The notes under the pieces: model-generated
Told to the model about the DNA's origin: nothing
The model's input: only the letters and a program-made list of their open reading frames with translations
Database searches by the model: none
Shown here: one piece after another, positions 28,133 to 37,828 of the stretch
Layout of the letters: each line of letters starts with the position of its first letter
Position numbering within the stretch: the stretch's first letter is position 1
Translations under genes and position numbers: made by a program
NCBI GenBank assembly: GCA_964530335.1
Contig: CAZGYG010000006.1
Location: 2,451-66,450 of the forward strand
Length of the DNA: 64,000 nt
Source: an uncultured Rhodospirillaceae bacterium
GTDB taxonomy: Bacteria > Pseudomonadota > Alphaproteobacteria > SP197
Direction of reading: 5' to 3'

Positions 28133-28396
28133 ATGGCCGTCCTGATCGTCGCGGGCATCGCCGTGCTCGCGGTCACCGTCGTCCAGCGCGGCGGCGAGGC
28201 GGATTTCGGCATCGGCGGGGACTATGCCACGGCGACGGTGCCGCTGCCCGAGGGAAGCCGGGTTCTGGATCTGGCAGGCGACGGCAACGCGCTGACGCTG
28301 CTGGTCGAGGCCGCCGACGGCGCCCAAAGCCTGGTCACGGTCGATCGCCGCAGTGGCCAGGTGCTCGGCACCCTGAGCCTGGGGAAAAGGCCGTGA
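28133..28396 (+). CDS. Hypothetical small membrane-anchored protein (about 87 aa)
   Basis: MAVLIVAGIAVLAVTVVQRGGEADFGIGGDYATATVPLPEGSRVLDLAGDGNALTLLVEAADGAQSLVTVDRRSGQVLGTLSLGKRP. Its stop overlaps the GTG start of the downstream gene (GTGA), suggesting translational coupling. Start uncertain. Confidence 0.35.
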   Translation: MAVLIVAGIAVLAVTVVQRGGEADFGIGGDYATATVPLPEGSRVLDLAGDGNALTLLVEAADGAQSLVTVDRRSGQVLGTLSLGKRP

Positions 28397-29379
28397 CCGA
28401 GCTTCCGGTTCTCGATGTCCCGGCGATCGAGGCGGCGCGCGCCCGGCTCGCCCCGTACATCGTCGAGACCCCGACGGTGCGCTGGACCAGCCCCGAGGTC
28501 GGCCGCAGGCTCGGGCCCGAGAGCGACGTCCGGCTCAAGCTCGAGCTCCTCCAGGTGACCGGCACGTTCAAGCCCCGCGGCGCGCTCACGGTGATGCTCG
28601 ACATGGCGCCCGACGCGCTCGGGCGTGGGGTCGTCGCGGTCAGCGCCGGCAACCATGCCATCGCCACGGCCTACGCGGCCAGCGTGCTGGGCACGACGGC
28701 GAAGGTCGTGATGATGAAATCGGCGAGCCCGGTGCGGATTTCCAGGGCCAAGGGCTACGGCGCCGAGGTCATCCTGGCCGAGGACGTGCACGCCGCCTTC
28801 GCCGAGGTCGAGCGCATCGCCGAGGCCGAAGGCCGCACGTTCGTCCATCCCTACGAGGGCCCGCTGACGGCGCTCGGCAATGCGACGCTCGGGCTCGAGG
28901 TCGCGCGGCAGGCGCCGGACCTCGACGCGGTGATCGTGCCGGTGGGCGGCGGCGGGCTGGCCGCCGGCGTGGCCGCCGCGATCAAGGCGGCGAGCCCGGG
29001 GACCGCGGTCTACGGCGTCGAGCCCGAAGGTGCCGCGAGCATGCGACTCAGCCTGGACGCCGGCCGGCCCATGGCGATCGACAAGGTGACGACCATCGCC
29101 GACAGCCTGGGCGCGCCGCGCGCCATGCCGATGAGCTTCGAGCTGTGCCGGCGTTTTCTCGACGACGTCGTGCTGGTCGACGACGACGCGCTGCGCCGCG
29201 CCATGGCGCTGCTGTTCGACGAGGCCAAGCTGGCGGTCGAGCCCGCGGGCGCGGCGGCGACGGCGGCGCTGTTCGGGCCGCTCCGGGCGCGGCTCGCCGG
29301 GCAAAGAGTCGTCGTCATCGTGTGCGGCTCGAACATCGACCTGGCGACCTGGCAGCGCCACGTCGGCCAGGCAGCTTGA
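28393..29379 (+). CDS. PLP-dependent threonine/serine dehydratase-family enzyme (fold type II)
   Basis: 328 aa with the Lys-PLP motif TGTFKPRGA, a glycine loop (GGGGLAAGVAAA) and a C-terminal regulatory-less form. Confidence 0.75.
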   Translation: MTELPVLDVPAIEAARARLAPYIVETPTVRWTSPEVGRRLGPESDVRLKLELLQVTGTFKPRGALTVMLDMAPDALGRGVVAVSAGNHAIATAYAASVLGTTAKVVMMKSASPVRISRAKGYGAEVILAEDVHAAFAEVERIAEAEGRTFVHPYEGPLTALGNATLGLEVARQAPDLDAVIVPVGGGGLAAGVAAAIKAASPGTAVYGVEPEGAASMRLSLDAGRPMAIDKVTTIADSLGAPRAMPMSFELCRRFLDDVVLVDDDALRRAMALLFDEAKLAVEPAGAAATAALFGPLRARLAGQRVVVIVCGSNIDLATWQRHVGQAA

Positions 29380-30434
29380 CCCGGGAAACGCCCTTGGATT
29401 TCCGCAGCGACAACACCGCGGGCGTGCTGCCCGAGATCATGGCGGCGCTCGCCGCCGCCAACGTGGGCACCGACGCCTCCTATGGCGAGGATGCCGTGAG
29501 CGCGGGTCTGGAGGCCCGCGCGTCCGAACTGTTCGAGCGCAAGGTCCGGGTCTTCCCGGTGGCGACCGGTTCGGCCGCCAACGCGCTCGCGCTTTCGGCG
29601 CTCACCCCGCCGTGGGGCATGGTTTACTGCCACCGGCTGGCCCATGCGGACGTCGACGAGGCCAATGGGCCCGAGTTCTTCAGCGGCGGCGCCAAGCTGC
29701 GCCCGCTCGACGGCGCCGACGGACGGATTGCCGCCGCCGATCTCGACGCGGCCCTGGCCCACGCGCCGTTCGGCGTCGTCCACCATCCGCAACCGTCGGC
29801 GGTGACCATCACCCAGATCACCGAACTCGGCACCGCGTACCGGCCCGCCGAGATCGCGGGCATAGCCGAGGTCGCGCGCCGCCACGGGTTGCGGCTGCAC
29901 ATGGATGGCGCGCGCTTCGCCAACGCCGTCGCGTTCCTCGGCTGCCGCCCGGCGGAGATGACCTGGCGAGCCGGCGTTGATGTGTTGTCGCTCGGGGCAA
30001 CCAAAGGTGGCGCCATGGCCGCCGAGGCTATCGTCCTGTTCGACGATCGGCTGGCGACCGAGCTCGCGTTCCGGCGCAAGCGCGCCGGGCAACTGTTCAG
30101 CAAGATGCGGTTCGTCGCCGCCCAGATCGACGCCTTCCTGACCGACGACCTGTGGCTGCGCGCCGCGCGCCATGCCAACGCGCGCGCGGCGGAGCTCGGG
30201 CGCGGGCTGGCCCAGGTGCCGGGGCTCGAGCCTTTCGCGCCGGTCGAGGGCAACATGGTGTTCGCGCGTTTATCCGAGGCGGTGTTGAAGGGGCTGGAGG
30301 CGGACGGGTTCCGGTTCTTCGCCGGCGAGGCCGGACGGCCCGACGTTGTGCGCTTCGTCTGCTCGTTCGCGACCAAGCCGCAGGACGTGGCGCGGCTGAT
30401 CCAAGCCGCGCGGCGCCACGCGCCCGGTCAGTAG
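29376..30434 (+). CDS. ltaE: Low-specificity L-threonine aldolase
   Basis: LDFRSDNTAGVLPEIMAA...LSLGATKGGAMAAEAIVLFD matches the LtaE/beta-eliminating-lyase family. TTG start overlaps the upstream stop (TTGA). Confidence 0.75.
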   Translation: MTRETPLDFRSDNTAGVLPEIMAALAAANVGTDASYGEDAVSAGLEARASELFERKVRVFPVATGSAANALALSALTPPWGMVYCHRLAHADVDEANGPEFFSGGAKLRPLDGADGRIAAADLDAALAHAPFGVVHHPQPSAVTITQITELGTAYRPAEIAGIAEVARRHGLRLHMDGARFANAVAFLGCRPAEMTWRAGVDVLSLGATKGGAMAAEAIVLFDDRLATELAFRRKRAGQLFSKMRFVAAQIDAFLTDDLWLRAARHANARAAELGRGLAQVPGLEPFAPVEGNMVFARLSEAVLKGLEADGFRFFAGEAGRPDVVRFVCSFATKPQDVARLIQAARRHAPGQ

Positions 30435-31824
30435 ACCGTGGTGGCGCAGAACAGGCCGCGCGCGACCAGCGCGGCGCAGATTTGCAGGGCCTGGGTCGCG
30501 TCGGTCATCGGCCCGGCCGAGACCTCGAAGTAGACCCCGCGATCGCCGTGGTCGACCGCGGCGATGTGCGCCTCGAACCCGCCCAGAAGGTCCGAATTCG
30601 CGGCCAAGAGCTGTTCCCAGCCCTGCTGCGCCTGCTCCGGCGTGCGGAACGACGCCACGTGAATCCCGATGCCGCCCTGGTCGATCGTCGCGGACTCCGG
30701 CACCAGGGGAAGCGGAACATCCGGCTCGGCCGACGCAACTTCGGTCGTGCCGGCGCCGTCGAGGCTCGGCGCGGCGACAGGCGCTTCGGCCGGCGTGGCT
30801 TCGGCCGGCGCGGCTGTCGCTGGCCGTTCGGGCTTGAGGGCTGGCAACGGCGGAGCCGCAACCGGCTTCGCTGGCGGCGCGGGATCGGCGGCCGCGAACG
30901 CGACCGAACCCGCGAGTTCGCCCCGGGCGTCGGCCTCGGCCAGCCCGCCGGCCTGCACCAGGGCCGCAAGCGCGGCTTCGTCGAGCGGCGGAAGGGAAAC
31001 GAGCCGCGGCCCATCCAGCGGCAAGAGCGCGTCGAGGATCGCGAGCCGTTCGCGCCGCCACTGTTCCTCGGTCGCGGCGCCGCGCGTGCGCTGCTGGTCG
31101 AGCTGGACGAAGCGGTCGAGCACGTCCTGGACCGCGGGCGACGGTTGCGCCAGCACCGCGCTGGGTGGCGGAGCGGAGCGCACGAGCCAGGCGCCGAGGC
31201 TGGTGGCGCGGCGCTGCTGGTGCTCGGCCACGTCGATGTAGCCGGCGTCCAGCAGCGCGTCGAGCACGGCCAGCCGGCCGGCAAGGGAATCGCTCGGATC
31301 GACCGGCGGCGGCGCGGCCGGGCTCATCGCCGCCAGTCTTTGCGCGGCCAAGTCTGCCAACTTGACCCAGGCGGGAAGCCCGCGCTCGGCAGGCGCCGCG
31401 CCGGTGCGCGCGCCGGCGATCGCCGGAACGGGCGAAGTCATGGCCGCGGTCGTGCGCCGCAGTTCGGCGACATCGAGCGCGCGGCGATAGAGCGCGGCGG
31501 CGTGTCCCGGCCGCGCCTGCTGCTCGCGGATCAGCCCGAGCAGGACGAGCGCCTCGACGCTGTCGGGGTTCGCGGCGAGCGCCGCCTCGAAGGCGAGCGC
31601 GGCCGCCGCGATGTCGCCGGCGTCGAGCGCGGCGCGGCCCTCGTCGAGAAACCTGCGCTCGGGGGCCTCGACCGGCGCCATGTCGGCGAACAGTTCGCCG
31701 AGATCGAGCGCCAAGCCGAGCGACGCCAGCCACGCCGGCAATCCGGCGGCGGCGGGCGCCTGGAGCAGGGCGAGCGACAAGACGCCGAGCACAAGCGCGC
31801 GCGCGAAGGCCGTGAATCGCGACA
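30428..31824 (-). CDS. Secreted SPOR-domain protein with TPR-like N-terminal region and a proline/alanine-rich linker
   Basis: Signal peptide (MSRFTAFARALVLGVLSLALLQAPAAAG) and a C-terminal SPOR domain (GIGIHVASFRTPEQAQQGWEQLLAAN...GVYFEVSAGPMTDATQALQICAALVARGLFCATT). Start at the internal Met of the 30428..31966 ORF. Confidence 0.7.
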
Positions 31825-31927
31825 TGGCCCGATGGTGAGCGAACGTGCTTAAGGTTCGGTGAAGGATCGCGGGCCCGCCGCGCCGTTGACCGCCGTGGCC
31901 CCGTCGTCTAAGTAGGTCGTGGACCGC

Positions 31928-32003
31928 GTCCCCATCGTCTAGCGGCCCAGGACGCTGGCCTCTCACGCCGGAAACAGGGGTTCGATTCCCCTTGGGGACG
32001 CCA
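31928..32003 (+). tRNA. tRNA-Glu (anticodon CTC)
   Basis: 76-nt cloverleaf GTCCCCATCGTCTAGCGGCCCAGGACGCTGGCCTCTCACGCCGGAAACAGGGGTTCGATTCCCCTTGGGGACGCCA with a 7-bp acceptor stem, anticodon loop C-T-CTC-A-C, T-loop GTTCGATTC and 3' CCA. Closely resembles canonical bacterial tRNA-Glu. Confidence 0.85.
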
Positions 32004-32012
32004 CGTTCAACG

Positions 32013-32819
32013 TCAGCGACCCTTGAAGCGGGGCGGTCGCTTCGCGGCGAAAGCCTCGGGGCCTTCCCTGGCGTCCTCGGAGCGCAGCGCCCGATCGTAG
32101 AGCGCGAACCGACCCCGGCGCATGGCGTCGAAGATGGCGATCGGATGGCTCCCCTCGCTCTCGGTCACGATCTGCTTGATCGCTTGAACGGCCAGCGGAC
32201 CGCCCTGGCAGATGCTGGCCGCCTGTTCGCGCGCCCGCGTCATCACGTCCGCCGCGGGGACGACCGCGTTGACCAGCCCGAAATGCAGCGCCTCGGCGGC
32301 CGTGAGGCGCCGGCCCGTCAGCAGCATCTCAAGCGCGATGTTGCGCGGCAGGCGGCTGGCGAGCCGCTGCACCCCGCCCGCGTCGGGAAGCAGCCCCACC
32401 TTCACTTCCGGCACGGCGAACGTGGCGTGGTCGGCGGCGATGACGATGTCCGAGGCCAGCGCGATCTCGCAGCCGCCGCCGAACGCCATGCCGTTGACCG
32501 CCGCGATGACCGGCTTGTAAAGGCCCGGCAGCTCGGTGATGCCGCCGAAGCCGCCGACGCCGAACGGGCCGCCGGGACGCAGGTCGGCGAAGCTCTCGGG
32601 ATCGGCGTCAGACTTGAGATCGAAGCCGGCCGAGAAGAACCTGTCGCCCGCGCCGGTGACGATGCCGACCAGAAGCCGCTCGTCGTCGCGCAGGCGCGCG
32701 AAGGCTTCGCCGAGCGCGCGGCTGGTCGCCGCGTCGATGGCGTTGGCCTTGGGCCGGTCGATCGTGATCTCGATGACCTTGCCGTCGATCTTCGTCGCGA
32801 CCCCGGACACGGCGCTCAC
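32013..32819 (-). CDS. Enoyl-CoA hydratase/isomerase (crotonase family)
   Basis: GTG start (VSAVSGVATKIDGKVIEITIDRPKANAID...) overlaps the upstream ACAD stop (GTGA). Crotonase fold motifs present (GGGCEIALASDIVIAA; oxyanion FSAGFDLK). The ORF track's 504-aa ORF is a read-through into out-of-frame sequence. Confidence 0.8.
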   Translation of the reverse strand: MSAVSGVATKIDGKVIEITIDRPKANAIDAATSRALGEAFARLRDDERLLVGIVTGAGDRFFSAGFDLKSDADPESFADLRPGGPFGVGGFGGITELPGLYKPVIAAVNGMAFGGGCEIALASDIVIAADHATFAVPEVKVGLLPDAGGVQRLASRLPRNIALEMLLTGRRLTAAEALHFGLVNAVVPAADVMTRAREQAASICQGGPLAVQAIKQIVTESEGSHPIAIFDAMRRGRFALYDRALRSEDAREGPEAFAAKRPPRFKGR

Positions 32820-33979
32820 CCGGCGTCGAGGATGAAGGGCAGGCCCTGCTTCTCGAGGTAGCGGCCGATCAGCATCTTCTGGATCTGGTTCGTACCGTCG
32901 AAGATCTCGAACGCCTTGACGTCGCGCATCATCCGTTCGAGCGGATACGCCTTGCTGAGCCCGTTGCCGCCCAGCACCTGAACCGCGTCGGTGGTGATGC
33001 GCATGGCCGCCTCGGTCGCCACCAGTTTCGCCATGGCCGCGTAGGTGCTGGCGCGCCGGGTATGGTCGTTCGCCAGCAGGTCCATGGCGGATTCCCACAG
33101 GCTGCGCGCCGCGGCCAGCCGCGCGGTCATCTCCGCCAGCAGGAACTGCAGGCCCTGGTGCTGAATGATCGGCTTGCCGAACTGCACGCGCTCGCCGGCG
33201 TAGGCGACCGCCAGCCTGAGCGCCCCCGTGGCGACCCCGATGGCCATGGCGGCGCAGTTGAGCCGCGCCTCGTCCAGGGTGATCATCGCGACCTTGAAGC
33301 CCTCGCCCTCCTCGCCCAGCCGGTTGCCCAAGGGCACCGGGGCGTCGTCGAAGAACAATGGGGTCGTGGGGCTGCCGCGCAGGCCCAGAAGGTCCTCGTC
33401 GGGTCCCCACGTGAAGCCTGGCGTATCGCGCGGGACCAGGAAGGCGGAGATCCCCTTGTGGCCCGCGTCGCGATCCGTCTTGGCGAAGACCACGAACACC
33501 TCGGCGACGGCGCCATTGGTGCACCACGCCTTACGGCCGTTGAGGACATAGTGGTCGCCGCGTCGCTCGGCGAAGGTCGTGATGCTCGCCGCGTCGGACC
33601 CTGCGGCCGGCTCGGACAGGCTGAAGGCCGGGACGATCTCGCCGGAAGCGATCCGCGGCAGGTATGCGCGCTTGAGGTCCTCGGAGGCGGCCTGCACGAT
33701 CGGCGTGGTCGCGTCGCCGCAGTTGGAATAGATCAGCGAGAACGTCGCGCTGTCGCGGGCCAGGCGTTCGGCGATCAGGAGCGGCGTGACCACGTCCAGC
33801 CCGCTGCCGCCGAAGTCTTCGGGTATCCACAAGCCGAACAGGCCCAGCTTTCCCGCTTCGGCGTAGAGGTCGCGCGGAAAGGCGCCGGTGCGGTCGATCT
33901 CGGCGGCGCGCGGCGCGACCTTGTCGCGCGCGAACCGGTCGACCGTCGCGAGGATTTGGCGCTGTTGCTCCCTGTCCAT
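32816..33979 (-). CDS. Acyl-CoA dehydrogenase
   Basis: 387 aa with ACAD N-terminal, middle and C-terminal domains (AFSLSEPAAGSDA; catalytic region YAGERVQFGKPI...IFDGTNQIQ). Confidence 0.85.
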   Translation of the reverse strand: MDREQQRQILATVDRFARDKVAPRAAEIDRTGAFPRDLYAEAGKLGLFGLWIPEDFGGSGLDVVTPLLIAERLARDSATFSLIYSNCGDATTPIVQAASEDLKRAYLPRIASGEIVPAFSLSEPAAGSDAASITTFAERRGDHYVLNGRKAWCTNGAVAEVFVVFAKTDRDAGHKGISAFLVPRDTPGFTWGPDEDLLGLRGSPTTPLFFDDAPVPLGNRLGEEGEGFKVAMITLDEARLNCAAMAIGVATGALRLAVAYAGERVQFGKPIIQHQGLQFLLAEMTARLAAARSLWESAMDLLANDHTRRASTYAAMAKLVATEAAMRITTDAVQVLGGNGLSKAYPLERMMRDVKAFEIFDGTNQIQKMLIGRYLEKQGLPFILDAG

Positions 33980-33991
33980 GACGACACCCGC

Positions 33992-34741
33992 CTAGATCAT
34001 CACCAGCCCGCCGCTGACGCTGATGGTCTGGCCGGTGATGTAGTCGGCGTCGCGCGACAGCAGGAAGCTCACGGCGCCGGCCTGGTCTTCCGGCTGGGCC
34101 ACCCGGCGGAACGGGATCAGGCGGACCATGCGCCGGATCAGCTCCGGGTCCTCCTCGATCTCCGCCTTCAAAAGCGGGGTCTCGGTCGGCCCGGGGGAGA
34201 CGCAGTTGACGTTGATGTTGTGGCGCGCGTGCTCGCGGGCGAGGCTCTTGGCGAAGGCGATGATGCCGCCCTTCATGGCCGAATAGACGACCTCGCCGCT
34301 GGTGCCGACGCGCCCCGCGTCCGACGCGAAGTGCACGATCTTGCCGCGCTTGCGTTCCACCATCCCCTTCAGCACGGCGTGGGTCACGTAGAGGACCGAT
34401 TCGAAGTTGATCGCGATCACCTTGCGCCAATAGGCCGAGTCCTCGTCGACGAAGCGCGACGTGCCGACCCAGCCGATGACGTTGACCAGCGCCTCGATGG
34501 GTCCCACGTCCCGTTCGACGCGCGCGACCGTCTCGCGCGCGGCCCGCTCGTCCGTTTGATCGCAGGGCCACGAGGTCAGCCGATCGGCGCCCTTGGTGAC
34601 CTTCCCGCGCAACTCCGCCAAGCCGGCCTGGTTGATGTCCATGACCGCGACCTTGAAGCCATCGGCGAGCAAGCGGCCGACCACCGCCTGACCGATGCCG
34701 CCGGCGCCACCCGTGACCAACGCAACCTTGGACTCCGCCAT
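33992..34741 (-). CDS. SDR-family oxidoreductase (FabG-like)
   Basis: TGGAGGIG glycine motif, NVIG, and the catalytic Y-x-x-x-K (YSAMKGG). Confidence 0.8.
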   Translation of the reverse strand: MAESKVALVTGGAGGIGQAVVGRLLADGFKVAVMDINQAGLAELRGKVTKGADRLTSWPCDQTDERAARETVARVERDVGPIEALVNVIGWVGTSRFVDEDSAYWRKVIAINFESVLYVTHAVLKGMVERKRGKIVHFASDAGRVGTSGEVVYSAMKGGIIAFAKSLAREHARHNINVNCVSPGPTETPLLKAEIEEDPELIRRMVRLIPFRRVAQPEDQAGAVSFLLSRDADYITGQTISVSGGLVMI

Positions 34742-34752
34742 TCCACCCTCCC

Positions 34753-35595
34753 TCACAGCCCGAACACGCGGGCGGCGTTTTCGTAAAGAAACTTTTCCAT
34801 GGATCGCGGCTTGAATCCCAGCGCCGCGATCTGGTCGAGCGCCTCCTTGTGCCCGATCAGCGGATAGTCCGTGCCGAACATAACCTTGTCCTGCCCGAAC
34901 GAGTTGATGAACTTGACCAGCTCCGGCTTCCAGTATTTCGGGGCGTGCGCGGACGTTCCCAGAAACACATTGGCGTGGCGGCGGGCGATGGCGATCGCCT
35001 CCTCGGTCCACGGCCACCCGGTATGGGTACAGACGATGGCCAGGTCCGGAAAATAGAGCGCGACCTCGTCGAGGTAGACCGGGCGCCCGGGTTCGATCGG
35101 CATCAAGTCGAGGGTCGTACCCATCGAGATGACGACCGGGACGCCGAGCTCCTGGGCCTTGGCATAGTACGGAAAGTAGTGCGCGTGGCTGGGCGGGACG
35201 CGATAGCCGTGGGGGTGGATGTGCAGCCCCTTGAAGCCGTGCTCGCGCACCGCTACCTCGAGCGCCTGGACGCCCTTCATGCGCTCGTAGATGTTGACGC
35301 CGAACAGGCCGAAGACCCGGCCCGGCGCCTGGCGCTGGAGCGCCACCACCTCCGCCACGGTCGTGTTTTCGAGCAGGCGCTGCTGCTGGATCGACCAGGT
35401 CTTGACCGCGCAGATCAGCAGCTTCTCGACCCCCAGATCGTCCATCCGCCGCATGAACTCGGGCGTCTCGTAGCCGACGAAGTTCCCGACCCGGCCGACC
35501 TGCTCCCAGCGGCTGTGCTCCTCCTCGTTCTCGAGGTAGTTCTTGCGGATGCCGGCCGGCGAGAAGTCGTTGCACAGAATATCGATGACCTTCAT
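34753..35595 (-). CDS. Amidohydrolase-2 family TIM-barrel metal-dependent hydrolase/decarboxylase (ACMSD-like)
   Basis: 280 aa (MKVIDILCNDFSP...GLHIHPHGY...VCTHTGWPW...FGTDYP) with amidohydrolase_2 motifs. Confidence 0.75.
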   Translation of the reverse strand: MKVIDILCNDFSPAGIRKNYLENEEEHSRWEQVGRVGNFVGYETPEFMRRMDDLGVEKLLICAVKTWSIQQQRLLENTTVAEVVALQRQAPGRVFGLFGVNIYERMKGVQALEVAVREHGFKGLHIHPHGYRVPPSHAHYFPYYAKAQELGVPVVISMGTTLDLMPIEPGRPVYLDEVALYFPDLAIVCTHTGWPWTEEAIAIARRHANVFLGTSAHAPKYWKPELVKFINSFGQDKVMFGTDYPLIGHKEALDQIAALGFKPRSMEKFLYENAARVFGL

Positions 35596-35603
35596 CGCGC
35601 CCC

Positions 35604-36350
35604 TCAAAGACCGCGGTTGACGCCGCCGTCGACCAGCAGGTTCTGGCCGGTGATCGAGCCCGCGTCGGCGGACAGCAGGAAGGCGACGGTCGCCGCCAGC
35701 TCCGCCATGGTCACCGCGCGCTCCATGGGAATCGTCCGTCGTACCGCGTCGCTCAGCGGCCAGTTCTCGACGAATCCCGGCAGAAGGTTGTTCATGCGGA
35801 TGCCGTCGCGGGCGTAGCGGTCCGCGTACAGCTTCGTGTACGAGGCGAGCGCCATGCGCAGCGTCCCGGAAACCGGGAAGATGAGCCGCGGCTCGGGCGC
35901 GACGAACGTCGAAACGTTGACGATCGACCCGCCGCGCTGCTCCCGAAGGACCGGGGTCACGGCGCGGGCCATGCGGACGACGTTGAGGAAGTAAAGCTCG
36001 ACCCCGAACAGCCACGCCTCGTCGGGAATGTCCACGAGCGACCGCTCGAGGTCGGGGTCGTAGGCCGGTCCCGAGACGTGCAGGCTCTGGTTGTCGCGGC
36101 CGGTGTTGTTGACCACGCCGTCGACGCGCCCGTAGGTCGCGAGCGCGAGCCGGACCACGGCCTCGAGGTCGTCGGGCTCGGTGACCGAGCCCTGCATGCC
36201 GACCCCGCCGAGCTCGCGGGCAAGCTCGACCACGGTCGCGGAACGAGCCATGAGCACCACACGATGGTCGCGCTCGGCCAAACCGTTCGCGAGCGCCGCG
36301 CCGATCCCCCGGCTTGCCGCCGTGACGATGGTCACGGGTCCTTCCGCCAT
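35604..36350 (-). CDS. SDR-family oxidoreductase
   Basis: 248 aa with TAASRGIG and the catalytic Y-x-x-x-K (YTKLYAD). Confidence 0.75.
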   Translation of the reverse strand: MAEGPVTIVTAASRGIGAALANGLAERDHRVVLMARSATVVELARELGGVGMQGSVTEPDDLEAVVRLALATYGRVDGVVNNTGRDNQSLHVSGPAYDPDLERSLVDIPDEAWLFGVELYFLNVVRMARAVTPVLREQRGGSIVNVSTFVAPEPRLIFPVSGTLRMALASYTKLYADRYARDGIRMNNLLPGFVENWPLSDAVRRTIPMERAVTMAELAATVAFLLSADAGSITGQNLLVDGGVNRGL

Positions 36351-36353
36351 CGC

Positions 36354-37700
36354 CTAGCGCGCGTGCGCGCGCTGGTCGAGCCAGCGCCGGGCCTTGTACT
36401 CGCTGCGCGCCAGATCGCCCGGCGCCAGCACATCGACCAGGAAGCGGATGCCCACCTTGCGCTGCACGGCTTCGGCGAGGTGCCGCTCGTAGCCGCCGAT
36501 CTCGTCCCGCGCCAAGGACCGCTTGGGCATGACCCGAAGCGTCGCCACGTCGGCATGACGGTCGTCGGACGTGAGCACGACTTGATACTCATCCACGATC
36601 GCGTCGGCGAACACGACATCGTCGATGGCCTGGGGCCAGATGTTGACGCCCTTGACCTTCTTCATGTCATCGAGCCGGCTGATCGAGGCGACCTCGACGC
36701 CGGACAAGGGCCGCCCGCAGGCGCACGAAGCGTGGGACCGAAAGATACCGCGGTCGCGGGTGCGGCAGCGCACCAGCGGCGTGTCGGTGTGATAGAGGCT
36801 GGTGATGACGATTTCGCCGGCCTCGCCATCCTCGACATGGCGGCCCGTCTCGGGATCGATCACCTCGGTCAAGACCATGGAATCGATGTTGTGCAGCATC
36901 CCGGGCCGCGCCGCCGTGCCGATGCCATGCTCGCAACTGAACATGTGGTCGTTGCCCGACTGGGTCGAGCCGTAGCGATCATAGACCTTGGCGCCGAAGG
37001 CCTGCTCCAGGCGCTCGAGCCACGGATAGCCCGAGCCTTCCGCGCCCGTCAGCAGCACCTCGATCCCGAGCGACGATGGGTCAGTCGGGCAAACCGCCGC
37101 GAGGTGCCCGAAGTAGGACGTCGTGCCGAACAAGGCGCGCGGGCGATAGCGCTCGATCAGCTCGATCTTCTTGCGGACATCGTAATTGCCGACCGGGAAC
37201 ACCGTGAGGCCCGACGCCACCGCGCCCTGAAACTCGCAGCGGCCTCCGGCCATCATGGTGACCGGCAGGGTCAGGAACACGCCATCCCCCCGCTTCAGTC
37301 CCGACCAGCGGACATGAAACCCGTAGATGTGGCCGGTCTGCTCGAATTCCGCCGCGGTCTGGACGTGCACCTCGACGCCCTGTCCGGTCGTCCCGCTCGT
37401 GTTCGCGATGACGAGCGGGCAACCGAGGCCCAGGGCATGGCTGTGCCGCAACCCAAAGGGCGGGGCCTTCTCCTGGTCGGCGATGAAGTCCTTCTTCTCG
37501 ACGGTCGGAACGCGCTGGCGGAAATCGGCGACGGACGCGACGAGATCGGGCGTCACCTTCGCCTTCCGCCACGCCTCGCGGTAAAACTCGTTCTCGTGCC
37601 AGGTCTTGCGCAGAAGCTGCATGAGCCGCCGCGCCTGAAGCGCGAGCAACGCATCCCGAGTCAGTCCCTCGACGCTCGGATCGTGGATGCGCCGTTCCAT
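36354..37700 (-). CDS. Phenylacetate-CoA ligase-family adenylate-forming enzyme (PaaK / coenzyme F390 synthetase-like)
   Basis: About 448 aa from MERRIHDP; the family's adenylation motif is TSGTTGQ. Confidence 0.7.
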   Translation of the reverse strand: MERRIHDPSVEGLTRDALLALQARRLMQLLRKTWHENEFYREAWRKAKVTPDLVASVADFRQRVPTVEKKDFIADQEKAPPFGLRHSHALGLGCPLVIANTSGTTGQGVEVHVQTAAEFEQTGHIYGFHVRWSGLKRGDGVFLTLPVTMMAGGRCEFQGAVASGLTVFPVGNYDVRKKIELIERYRPRALFGTTSYFGHLAAVCPTDPSSLGIEVLLTGAEGSGYPWLERLEQAFGAKVYDRYGSTQSGNDHMFSCEHGIGTAARPGMLHNIDSMVLTEVIDPETGRHVEDGEAGEIVITSLYHTDTPLVRCRTRDRGIFRSHASCACGRPLSGVEVASISRLDDMKKVKGVNIWPQAIDDVVFADAIVDEYQVVLTSDDRHADVATLRVMPKRSLARDEIGGYERHLAEAVQRKVGIRFLVDVLAPGDLARSEYKARRWLDQRAHAR

Positions 37701-37828
37701 GCCCGCGCCGATTCCCTGCCCCTGGACGACGTCGTTACTAATGCAGAAACCTTCCGCGCTGGCAATCGGGTCGGTAGATTGTCGACGGGACCGGCGGCGC
37801 AGCACGGAATCGGGAAGCGCGAGGGGCG

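Noticed and set aside
31825-32012. tRNA-Glu as a possible genomic-island integration site
   Set aside because: There is no integrase, no direct repeat of the tRNA 3' end and no compositional shift nearby. Flanking genes (a SPOR protein, crotonase/ACAD) look like core metabolism.
32013-33527. 504-aa minus ORF
   Set aside because: Only the C-terminal 268 residues (from GTG 32819) are crotonase. The N-terminal part is out-of-frame sequence antisense to the ACAD gene.
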